Program-made: the position numbers and the translations under genes
Notes under the pieces: generated by a model
The model's database searches: none
What the model was told of the DNA's origin: nothing
What the model saw: only the letters and a program-made list of their open reading frames with translations
Part shown: piece by piece, positions 1 through 10,271 of the stretch
Numbering within the stretch: position 1 is the first letter of the stretch
How the letters are laid out: the number at the start of each line of letters is the position of its first letter
Origin: Mesotaenium endlicherianum
Taxonomy: Eukaryota
Assembly (NCBI GenBank): GCA_009602735.1
Contig: WELA01003305.1
Location: 561,862-581,861 of the forward strand
Direction of reading: 5' to 3'
Length of the DNA: 20,000 nt

Positions 1-960
1 AAGTATGAGTGAGATTCAGAAGGTGAAGGATCTTTTGTCAGTCACCTACGATATGAAGGACTTGGGGGAAGTTGAGTTTGTTTTGGGCATTCAAGTTAAG
101 AGGGATAGGGAAAACAGGGTTATCATGCTTGGGCAACCAGCGTATCTGCAGACAGTGCTAGAAAGGTTCGACATGCAAGACTCTAAGCCCATGAGTCTAC
201 CTCTAGATCCTAATCACAAGTTGAGTGCGGGCATGTGTGCACAGAGTGAGCAAGAGTGGGAGATGATGTCCCAGGTGCCTTATAGGAAGTTAGTGGGGTA
301 GTATAATGTATCTCATGGTGTGCACCCGCCCTGATACCTGATATAGCAAATGCAGTAGGAGTCATCAGTCAGTACATGCAGAATCCAGGACCAGCACATT
401 GGGAAGCAGCTAAGAGGATTTTGAGGTATCTTAAGGGAACACCGGATTTGTGGTTACACTTGGGAGAAACTGACAGTGTGAAGCTGGAGGGCAGTAGTGA
501 TTCAGATTGGGGCGGTGACCTTGACACTAAAAGGTCAACAACAGGGTATGTCTTTACGATGGGCAAGGGAGCGGTGACATGGAAAAGTAAGAGGCAAAAG
601 GTAGTGGCATTGTCTTCCATGGAGGCTGAGTATATGGCAGCGTCACAAGCAGTGAGGAAAGCACTTTGGTTGAGAAGACTACTTAAAGACTTGGGCTACA
701 AACAGGAGTGGGCTACCACAATCTTCAGTGATAGCCAGGGGTGCATTGCTTTGGGAAAGAATCCAGTGGAGCATAGTAGGAGTAAGCACATAGACATTCA
801 ATATCATAAAAGTAGAGAGTGTGTACAAGACGGTAGTGTTGAGTTTCGCTACGTGAGAACTGACAGAATGATTGCCGATTCTTTGACAAAGGCTGTACCT
901 AGGACAAAGCATCAGTGGTGTGCTTCTATGTTTGGTTTGAGAAATTTTGTTTCAAAGTAG
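1..960 (+). pseudogene. pol: Copia pol (reverse transcriptase-RNase H), disrupted by two frameshifts
   Basis: ORFs 5..301 and 376..960 are consecutive parts of Copia pol. An extra T at 299 creates TAG; the conserved SIMYLMVCTRPD is read from 300 in another frame. A 7-bp tandem duplication CCTGATA (330-336, 337-343) then shifts into the frame of ORF 376..960. Confidence 0.92.
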
Positions 961-979
961 AATAGGAGATGAGAGGGAG
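959..979 (+). other. Polypurine tract (PPT) of the Copia element
   Basis: AGAATAGGAGATGAGAGGGAG lies at the pol stop and immediately before the TG that starts the LTR. Confidence 0.85.
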
Positions 980-1459
980 TGTTGGAATATGGTCCGTAGA
1001 CCGACACTCCTAATTCTACTTTGTCGTGACTAGGCGAGTGGGTGTCGCGTCGATACGTGACGCACGCCAGGGTGTCAATAGCCTTGCTTGGTTTATCGTT
1101 AGCTAGTTCGGTTCGTAAGTTAGTCATTTGTTGGTAGTCGTTCGGGTAAGTTAGTAATTATGAGTTGTCACTTTCACACGACAACGAAGATGTCGTGAAC
1201 GTTTGTGAACGTTCACGAACGATCGTGAACGTTTGTTAGGGGTGGCGGGGTGGCAAGGTGGCGGGGTGGCGCATAGAGTTCACAGAGTATAGTGAGCTAT
1301 TTAAGACTAGAAAATGTAACCCTGAAAACTAACTCAGTTAAAGTGAAGAGTTGGGCACCTTGTGTACTTTTCGTGCTATCATATGTTTTGAGTCTGAGTT
1401 CGTTCAAGTGTGTGAGTGATAGAGTGTGCCATGGACGAAGATAGTAGTGAGTTTCAACA
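980..1459 (+). repeat. 3' long terminal repeat (~480 bp)
   Basis: Starts TGTTGGAA right after the PPT and ends TTTCAACA (8-bp inverted termini, 1 mismatch). A TATA-like TATTTAA lies at 1298-1304. The 3' end is inferred from the terminal inverted repeat only, as the 5' LTR is not in the window. The candidate TSD is TTAAC (1460-1464). Confidence 0.75.
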
Positions 1460-2528
1460 TTAACAATGGCACGTTTGTCATCAAGAGGCTACTCCCTTGT
1501 GTAGCAAAGACACATTTCTTATGGAGAAGGCAAAAGGTATCACTTGAAGGACATTTGTTGGAGGAAGATTGTGGGCGTTTATAAAAGAAAACTCTACGAG
1601 GAGGCTGCCGCTTTCAACTCGAGGGTAATGTGTAAAGGGCAGCTTTGAAGTTTGTCCCACGAAATTCTCAAGTGGACCAATTGGAGACTACACATACATC
1701 TCTCATCTTTCTGAATCAAGGTGCGCTCACTGCTTTGTGAGACGTCAATATATCCCTAGGCGGCTAGAATGGGGGTGCTCTTAGCTGGCTGGCGCATGTG
1801 GACGACATGGTTTTCCCACATATTTTTCATCCGCGCACTATGGTACAGAGTTCTAATGGGCGCCAAATCTTCATTTGCTTGATTAACCAAACAGCAGGCA
1901 ACTAGAGTGTGAACATCACATTTGAGTTGCTAGTGCCCACAGCTATGCCCACATTCCCATTTGGAAGAAACACACGCACTCAATTCACCTGGACACACTT
2001 GCACATTCATACACACACATCACTTAATTTCCAGACCCCCTTGCACGTATGCACAGGCAAGCACACATACACACACACACACAATTACGTGCAGCATTGC
2101 TTCATCCATAGCTACTTGTCCATACTCATCACCTTTATTAAACAGAATACACAAGATCAGAAATTTATACTATATTGAAGTTTTTATGTACACAATTAAT
2201 ATCAGGACATATTATATCATCCAAATTCTGCACTACTAATCACAAAATTAGCATCAGAACAATCCTCATGCATATGCAAATTGCATAACGACGACCTTGT
2301 ATCTACCATAGTTGTATCGTCAAATTTCTTTATGTACAGTATCTACTCTGACCCCTTGGTCAAGTCAAGAGTGATTCACAATGTATATATTCAATACAGC
2401 ACACTACACTTTCAACCACGTGATTTTGCATAGGATGAGGCAAAAACTCAAAATATGGTACACTGTTGGCTTTGTCAACACCTATGACCCTGAATACTCA
2501 TTTGCAACACTCTTCCTCTACTCCCCTT

Positions 2529-4780
2529 TCAACTTTGCACTCCTTCACAATGTAGAATTACATCACACCCTGGTGGATCCCTTGGACCTGCCACGCTGTC
2601 AAACCACAACGTGCCACCTGACGCTAGCTGGAGAGCATCCACTAGAAAGCTCTTGTCCTCCGTCAGCATTGCTACTAAGTGACGTACGCTTGGCAATTCC
2701 AGCTCCACTTGGTCCTCGGGCTGGGTCTTGCTTAGCCAACGGAAGGAACTTTCCAACAAACCAAATTGACTGGCACATAGGGCTAGTCTTTCTCAACTCT
2801 CTCAAGTCTCAAAAGGAGAAAGAGGCAGGGGAATGCTGTCATTGAGGCGCTGGTATGGTGCAAAAGGAAGGGGCTCGCCTACCCCCAAGTGCTGGCTGTG
2901 GGCTTGGGTCTACAAATTGTGCGTTCCATTGTCTCTTGCGCTAGTAACGCTCCCCTCTCAGGAAAGGTTACCTCACATCTCCACAGCCGAAACCAAAGGG
3001 GACGTGTGGGTGTCGGGCTCAAAGCCCTTCGGCATCTTTGACAACCAATAGGCAGTGTTATACTTGAAAACCCCAATAGCAGTGGGCATGTACGCCAGCT
3101 CGGTAATGTCGCATCGCTCGCACATGATCAGGCTCATCAGCTTGAAGCTAAATTTGCTGCCCTCCACGTCCTACATCTCTAGGCCGTTCTTGATGATGGC
3201 TGGTGTATTGAGAGCTACCGAGAAGGTAGCCACACCCTTCATCGACCTCGAGCCAAACAGCCGGTTCACCTCCTCAAGGCTAGTTGTCCTCACCTCCTCA
3301 TTCTCCATGTTATTCCAGATCAAAAGATTCCAAACCCTCGGGTTGTATTTGACTCCCCACCCGGCCGTTGTTCAGTATAGTAGGCGTCGGTCTCCTCTAA
3401 GGAATTTCTGAGGAGCGTGCAAAAGCGAAGATGTTGACCATCTTGGCAAAGTGCTCCATTGGTAGACCGAGCCTGCAAAAGTCTCTTCCGAGCCTCCTCT
3501 CCCCAGACGACTTACACTTCTGAATGCTGGCAGAGGCCTGGGCGCTGACGCCCTCCGGGATAACTCCAGATACAACCACACTTTTCGTCACCGAGCCGTC
3601 TGCATATTTCAGCCCCACGTCTCAAAAGAAGAAGGTCTTGCCAGCAAAGGGGACCATCTTCTTCTTGGAGACTCCAATCGTGTACTCTGTGTGCCTAACA
3701 TTGCACAGCATTCCCCCCTGCTACATGCAGGAATTTCCTTTGTCATCCTTCTCCATGTATTTGCTTCCATTCACCACCGTCATCTGCCGAGAAGCGCACT
3801 CGGACAACTTCTCGCACTTAGACAAGGCGATGGCCTCCTCCAGCCTCTGCCTTTCCTCTGGGGTGAGCCCCCCCTCGTCCGCCCTCTTCCCAATTGTGCT
3901 TATTTCTAGGCTTCTGGTCACCTCCTCCACCCCCTCCACATTCGAGGTGTTGTTGGAGGCGTTGCCCTGCCGCCCTCCTTGGTCTTGGCTCTGGGCTGCC
4001 TGGGCAATGGTGTTGGTATTTGACAGATCTTCTTGTAGTTTCCTCAGCGCACCCTCTTGATTTTCCAGCTTCTTTTGCAAGGCCTGCTGGTACTGCTGGT
4101 GAGTGGTCCTGTACAGGAGAGCACACATTGGGACCAAATCAGGGTTGGTACCTGTTATGCACCAGCTTCACCTCTTGGCTTTGTTCCAATGCCCTGCCTT
4201 CCAGTTTCATGAGAACCTTGAACAGTCACATGGAGAAAAAAATTGCATAAACATGTCCTTTTAAGTCATGTCTCACCCCCTCTTTATGCCAGATTTGCCC
4301 GCTGGATAAATTTGAAGGACAGAGTGTCTGAGTGCATGATCTTTTCTCCGAACCAATGTCTGCAGCCACAAACGTAAAATATGCAAAAGGAGGAACCAAG
4401 AATATATTTGTACCTCAAATTGCTAAATTCTTTGTCCTTTTTCTCCAGAAGTTCCGCCAACAAGTTATTTTCATGTATTTGCCGATCAAGGTCTTGTTGT
4501 TGCATAAGGTAGCCGCCGTCTAGTTTCTTTTGACTTGCCATCAGAAGATTGTAAGAGGATTTCTCCCTGCAAGGCCAGAGATACACGAGCAAGCACATTA
4601 AAGCTTGCACATGTCCTTCAATAATAATGCCTGATCATCTCGTGCATGCGGATAAACATTCTGCAGATTCTAAGTTACAATACAAAAAGAATCACACACT
4701 CTTGTGCATATCTTGTCACATATTCACAACTGGCATCTTCAACAATATGAACCGTACACTTATTTGCCAATCAAATACAC
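2529..4780 (-). pseudogene. Decayed multi-exon gene: coiled-coil-like N-terminus, a domain resembling mycoviral accessory (OB-fold-like, gammapartitivirus dsRNA3-type) proteins, and a C-terminal tail; may extend to ~5300
   Basis: Minus-strand ORFs 3721..4137 and 3397..3618 share one frame, and 2973..3167 and 2529..2759 share another. Two small indels near 3375-3400 link the two frames. Reading through the stops gives NVRHTEYTIGVSKKKMVPFAGKTFFF*DVGLKYADGSVTKSVVVSGVIPEGVSAQASASIQKCKSSGERRLGRDFCRLGLPMEHFAKMVNIF..EI/LEETDAY/Y*TTAGWGVKYNPR..SMKGVATFSVALNTPA..SKFSFKLMSLIMCERCD. Upstream, short candidate introns join in-frame exons. Pseudogene status is seen in the sequence; the family assignment is from recall only. 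Confidence 0.7.
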
Positions 4781-5744
4781 TGCAATGAATCTTCCTGGCA
4801 CCGCAAATACGATTAATGAGGTGGCTGCTAGTCATAAAAGACTTAATTCTGTAAGGAACTTCAATATTTAATGATGACAAAGAAGCTTGTAAGTCTATAT
4901 AGTATGCATTCTACTCTTGGCCCATGCAAGAAGCGTTCCGCTCTTAGAGGTTACTCTATATGTGGTGCATGCAGAAAAAGCATTTTCCTCTCAAATTTCA
5001 TGTCTTCCCGTGGTGTTTGTAGTCTGCAACTGAATCTAGCGTAGATAAGTCCTAGTACATGGTCACATACCCTGAAGTTCGTTTGGTTGCATGTGCTTCG
5101 GATTGATTGAATGCATGCTGATACCTTTCTGTACATCACTGTACTTTTCAACGTCGCGAGGCCTTTACCAGCTTTCATCAATCTACAGGGGGTTTTGCGC
5201 ATGTGCTTCAAGGTCACGTATCATTAAAAGTCTTCGAGGCCTCATATGTTGGCGCATTGAGTGATGAAGCCTTGGGGGGCAAGAATTCCCGAGGTTTGAC
5301 CCGCGAGGTTTTCCGCGAGATGATGCCCCAAGTTTGGCCCAAACTGATAAATATATGCAGGGCATGCCAGGTAGTGCAGCTATGCATGCCACTGCAGCTA
5401 ATTGTGCATGAATTTTAACGATTAGAAACCTTTATTGTGCCTAGCTAGGGGGAAGCTTGAAGGCGTTCACCCGATCGAGCACCAGTTAATTGCTGACATT
5501 GCGTAACATGTATCATCATGTGCCGAAGCTTGCTCGATCGTAACTTCGACTGGCCCGCATCATATGCAGCTTTGTCAGGCTGGTTGCACCTCGTATAGTG
5601 TCCATGGATGCCTCCGTCCATATGCCCGTCAAGTCAACCGCATTCTGCGTTGTAAAGGTTGCCTGAACTAATGACGTGTTCAGTCGATTAGCAGGTGGTG
5701 TTGAATATGCCAGTGGTTTATCGGACGGGAATTTAGAAGGTTGC

Positions 5745-5752
5745 TATTTATA
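5745..5752 (-). promoter_or_regulatory. Candidate TATA box facing the minus-strand pseudogene
   Basis: TATTTATA on the plus strand is TATAAATA on the minus strand, upstream of the last candidate exons. Motif match only. Confidence 0.25.
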
Positions 5753-6983
5753 GGCGCGTACATGCAGCCTGCAGGCGCGGACACCAGCGCATACTGGCGC
5801 ATACTGTGAGAAGCGCATGCTTTGACTGAATGATAGCCCTAGACAGATGTCGACTGCAATTGACTTAGTACAACGTTCGAGAAAGTCCGATCCAGACCGA
5901 TCAGCAGTTACGAGACAACATCTAGGTCGTTGAAGGTACCTGTTATTGCGAACAGTAGTGCTTTAAGCGACAAATGACAGAGCTTCCAGTTCAGACTTTT
6001 GGAGTCCATGGCAGCTGATGGCAGTTCGACTTTTGTTTGCTTTCGAGTTTCCATGGGTAACCAACCCTCAGCCCCGTCTCAATGGTCGGCGTGACATTGC
6101 TGGGTCCCAGGAGTCAGGAGTCAGGACTCCACGGTCCACCCATGCTCGCAACCTCATAACGCAATTTCGGGATTTGGTTGCGGGGATTAGAATCTGCTGG
6201 AATCTGGAGTCTCGACGCTTGACCAAAAAGTCAACCAGAGTTGTTACTTCCTGCGACAAAGCTTGTACCTCTTGAGCTCGTACATTGCCTCAACTCTCAA
6301 GCTTGTCGTTTTCTGGAAAAATCCAACGACAAGTTGTATTCCATTTGGGGCAGTTCTGCGTACGGCTCTACAGCAACATGTCATGCCGCTCAGCACGAGC
6401 ACGTAGTGAGGTACATATAAGGGACCATAGGCGTCTGTATAACTGTGGCATGCGGGCGGACACTGTACAAGAAAATGGTGGACACCAAAAGTGGTTCGAC
6501 GCTGCTTGACACTGCTTGACGCTGCCTTGTAGCCCCACACTTCACCGCGTTGAAAGTTCATGGTCACGTCTAGAGCGACTTTTGGCCCTGGTTTGTGCAG
6601 GCTTGGCATCAGCGTTCGTGACGCACGACTGCACTACACCTTATTGGAGCAGGGAGGCGAGGAGGGCATAAATAAGGTCCAGACTCCACAGGATGCAAAG
6701 CGTATGCCGTAACACTCACATCTCCAGCTTATGCTTAAGAAGCGGAGAGCTTCTGATGGCAAATTACAATGCGGCTCCTGTAGTGAGGTGCTCCCGGTTA
6801 CCATTTGGTCTCTAGCAACAAGGCGGCAAGATTCTGTCAGCGACACACTAGGTTTATTCATCAAGAGATGCAAAGTTACTACCGGACCTTTCTTGTACGT
6901 AGATATTGTTGTTACCACTAAGTACTGGGTGTCGGAGGCTGCAGAGAACAATCTTGTGCCGAAATAAAAGGGGCGTTGGGACG

Positions 6984-7089
6984 ATGGTTTCCATGAAAGT
7001 GAGCTTCGTCTTCAATTTAGTGGTCGTTTCTGGCCTTCTCCTGGGAGCTGCTTATGCCAAACAATATATTGCAAAGACATATGTCGAAG
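6984..7089 (+). CDS. RLK exon 1 (probable): signal peptide
   Basis: MVSMKVSFVFNLVVVSGLLLGAAYA/KQYIAKTYVE has a basic residue, a hydrophobic core and an A-Y-A cleavage motif. The phase-1 donor AAG|GTACGA matches the phase-1 acceptor at 8761, giving YVE-G-TLRINCGG. Confidence 0.65.
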
Positions 7090-10000
7090 GTACGACCCTG
7101 GTGGAACCCCATACGATTCGAAAGCGACGTCCAGCTTACTCAGTAGCTGGCGCTGAAATTGAGGACTACGCATTTGCCCCGCTTAGACTTTGATTGCCAG
7201 CAGGCTGCCGTACGCAGGTACTCTTGCTTTCAGTCGGGTTAGGACTCATATGGGAGCACACTCTATAAGAGCACACTCAGTGCAGCTTCATGGCTCCTCT
7301 CCTCAAGCAGGACGGTGCCACTGGTGAAGAAGCATCGTCATCATACAAGAGAATGGTGCCTAAGTTTTATAGCTTTTCCAAGCTTGTTTTTCTAATAGTG
7401 TGAAGATTACTCTGGGTATCCATGGTGCTCGGAGTACGTGTCAAAGTGGGTGTAGCAGGGTGTGTCTCTTTAACACAGGCCATGGGGAGTCGCTTGAGAA
7501 CGGGCAAGTGTGCGATACGAGGGTTCATCTGTCTTGCTTAAGGAGGGCATGTGTGTCTCTGAGAGGCTGCCATTGTCGCTCAAGAGGGGCAGATTTGACA
7601 GGCAATGGGTGCAGCTTAAGAGGGGCAGAATTGACAGGTAGCGGGTGCAGCTTAAGAGGGGCCGATGTGCCAGGTAGCGGGTGCAGCTTAAGAGGGGCAG
7701 ATGTGACAGGTAGCGGGTGCAGCTTTAAAAGGGGCAGATTTGACATGTAGTAGGTGCAGCTTAAGCGGGGCAGGGATGACAGACAGCAGGTGCAACGTAA
7801 GGAGGGTAGATTCGTCAAAGAGGGGCTACTGATTCTGCTCAAGTGGGGCAGATCTGACGCACACGGGCTATCAATTTCTCTCAAGGGAGGGGCAGGTTTG
7901 CCACACGGAGGCTATTGGTTCGTCGTAAGAGGGGCAGATTTGTCATAGATTTGTCTTACACAGGTCTCAGTCGGACCAGCTTAAGAGACTGGGCATACTT
8001 CTCCTTTAAGTTTCTATGTTCCTGAAGGGAGGGGTGCGCTGGGCTTGCGGGCACGTCAGTCCATCCCCAGGGTGCTAGGAGGGGGTCATTGCTGGTGATA
8101 GCTGGTGTTGCGTGGAAGTTTGTCTGCCTGCCTGACAACTGTCGGCCCCTCGCTGGCTAGGACACGCGCTCTAGCTGGTGCCTGGTCCTCCAGTTGTTTA
8201 CTTGTCCGGGTGACAGCTGGCAGAGGGTGACGTTTGGAATGGTTGCATGCACACAGAAATCAGACATACAGACAGTTACTTACACACACACACACACACA
8301 CACATACGCACATACACAAGACACACACACGTGCACACACACACATACACACACACGCATGCACGCACGCACATGCACGCGCACACGTCTGTAAACACAA
8401 AGCACAGTCTTATGTCCCCTCGACAAACGAAGGTACCCAGTGAATTGGCTGCAGAGCCCCGTGTCCTTCACGTAGATTTGTGTCAGTTATGAAACTAAAT
8501 ATACGTTCAGACACATACACATATATGTATGTATATATACATATGGTATATCATATGTGTACATGTACATGTCATGTGTATACAAACACGTATGCACTAT
8601 ATGTACATATATGTATAAACATATCTATAAATATGTAAACATTTTGTCTATTTCTTTATCCACTTATTTACTTATATACTTAGTTATTTCTTTATCCACT
8701 TATTTACTTATATACTTAGTTATTTATATACTTATTTATGTACCCCCTTTAAAAACGCAGGTACCCTGCGCATCAACTGCGGCGGCCCCACCATGCAGGA
8801 CACGGGCAACCGCACGTGGGTGGCCGACTCCTACTTTCTGGGCGGCGTCGCCGTCAACCCCCTGCCCACCCTCACAGCGGCCGCCATCAGTGCCCTCGAC
8901 GCCAACTCTTTCAACAACTCCGCGCTCTTCGGCTCGTTCCGAACCTGGAGGTCCGGGAACAGCTCCGGCGCCGGTGCCGCGGGCAGCAACGGGTCGTACG
9001 CCATCCCCGTCGCCAAGCCCGGCCTCTACTTTGTGAGTGCACGGCTTTCGCCACGTCGCCCCCTGACACCTGTCGTGTCGCTTGTGTGGCTTAGTGCACC
9101 GCCTGCCCCTCTCTCTGCCCTCCCCACTCCCCCCTCCCCCTCCCCCCTCTACTCTGCCCTGCCCTGGCTTCCCCTGCCCTCCACTGCATCATCATAAGCA
9201 AGCCCAGAATTGAGCACTTGCCAACTAAGGGTTGGGCCGCAGGGTGTTAGGGTCTCGAGGTTTTAGGGTTTAAAGATTGTAGGGATGGAGGATGCTAGCG
9301 TTTGAGGATGCAAGGGGTGCGTTGATGTTGGGGAGAAGAACATCGCGGGTGTTGCCAGGATTTTCGGAAGGGTGCCGGCCGGGGACCTGGGGTTCAGGGC
9401 TTGGAGGAGTTGGCAAGTTTGACGCCCTAGAGGTGAGAGATGCGTGTTTAGTGTGCGGGCTTTTAAGATTTGCGGTTCCGCGCTCGGGGTGTGAGATGTG
9501 ATTAAACCTTGAAAGGGTTTCGGGCTTGCGGCTTAGGGTGTGAGAGTCATGGTCGGGCTTCGGAAGTTCAAGGTTTGGGGTTTTAAGTTCGGGGTTTGGG
9601 GTGTGAGAGGGTTGCGATCACACCCAGCAGAGCCTTTCCAGCGCTCCAAGTCTACTGTCAGCACGGCAGGCTTCTCATTGCTACGGCCGGCAGCATCTGA
9701 TGCCCATCCCCCGTGAGGCGCGTGTGATGCAACTGTGACAGAATCGGAACAGTGTCGCAACGCGCGCCCGTTATGCAAACGGTAAAGCATGCGTGGTACA
9801 CACGGGGGTGTGGCACCTGGTGAGCGGGTGAAGCCGAGCAAGGGCGCGCGCGCAAGCCGTCCTCGGGGACGCCTGCAGCGTGTGCCGCGGGCGCGCCTCT
9901 CGGCGTGGTGAGGTTGGGCGGAGTGGCTGATAGTTATTTGGATACTCTGGATGCCCTTAGTGGATATACTTGCCCTCCTCTGGCGGGGTGCTTGCCGAGG

Positions 10001-10237
10001 CTGCAACAGTGGGGGGGTGGAATTTTTTTGGGTTTAAGGGCGTGGTAATCTTGCATATGAGGTTTGACGAGAGCAGAGCCCACCTCCCCCCCCGTCTCTG
10101 CCTCCCCCCCTCCCTGCCNCTCCTGACAGCTGGCCCGCATCTCCCCTGGCTCTCCATCTGGAGTAGAGAGGGGGTGCTGCTGCAGCAGCAGCAGATTCCG
10201 TGTGGGTGCAAGCAAGGAGGGGCACCCCCGCTCGAGC

Positions 10238-10271
<34 letters not shown>

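Larger units (their letters stand above)
1..1459 (+). mobile_element. 3' part of a Ty1/Copia LTR retrotransposon (RT C-terminus, RNase H, PPT, 3' LTR); 5' part lies outside the window
   Basis: Copia RT motifs (MKDLGEVEFVLGI, PYRKLVG-SIMYLMVCTRPD) are followed by Copia RNase H (SDSDWGGDLDTKRSTTGYVF, VALSSMEAEY, HSRSKHIDIQYH, ADSLTK). After the stop come a purine tract and a TGTTG...CAACA bounded repeat. RNase H as the last pol domain before the PPT is the Copia order. Confidence 0.95.

Noticed and set aside
2381..4250. Plus-strand ORFs such as 3524..4060, 3055..3411 and 2381..2845
   Set aside because: They are antisense shadows of the minus-strand pseudogene, which has the coherent frame and splice signals.
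2529..4610. Minus-strand region as retrotransposon gag or LINE ORF1
   Set aside because: No CCHC zinc knuckle, protease, endonuclease or RT motifs were found, and apparent spliceosomal introns are present.
6018..6967. Short ORFs upstream of the RLK start (6018..6275, 6244..6609, 6731..6967)
   Set aside because: No recognisable motifs or consistent exon structure. They could be promoter or 5' UTR sequence, but nothing supports a call.
7218..7327. Possible extra RLK exon after the acceptor-like ACGCAG at 7212-7217
   Set aside because: In the required phase it reaches a TGA without a clear phase-1 donor, and exon 1 already joins exon 2 in frame.
7582..7798. 36-bp repeats as a CRISPR array, or as a pentapeptide-repeat-like ORF (LRGADLTGSGCS, ORF 7400..7750)
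   Set aside because: The units are head-to-tail with no unique spacers, there are no cas genes, and the context is a eukaryotic intron. One unit has a 1-bp indel that breaks the frame.
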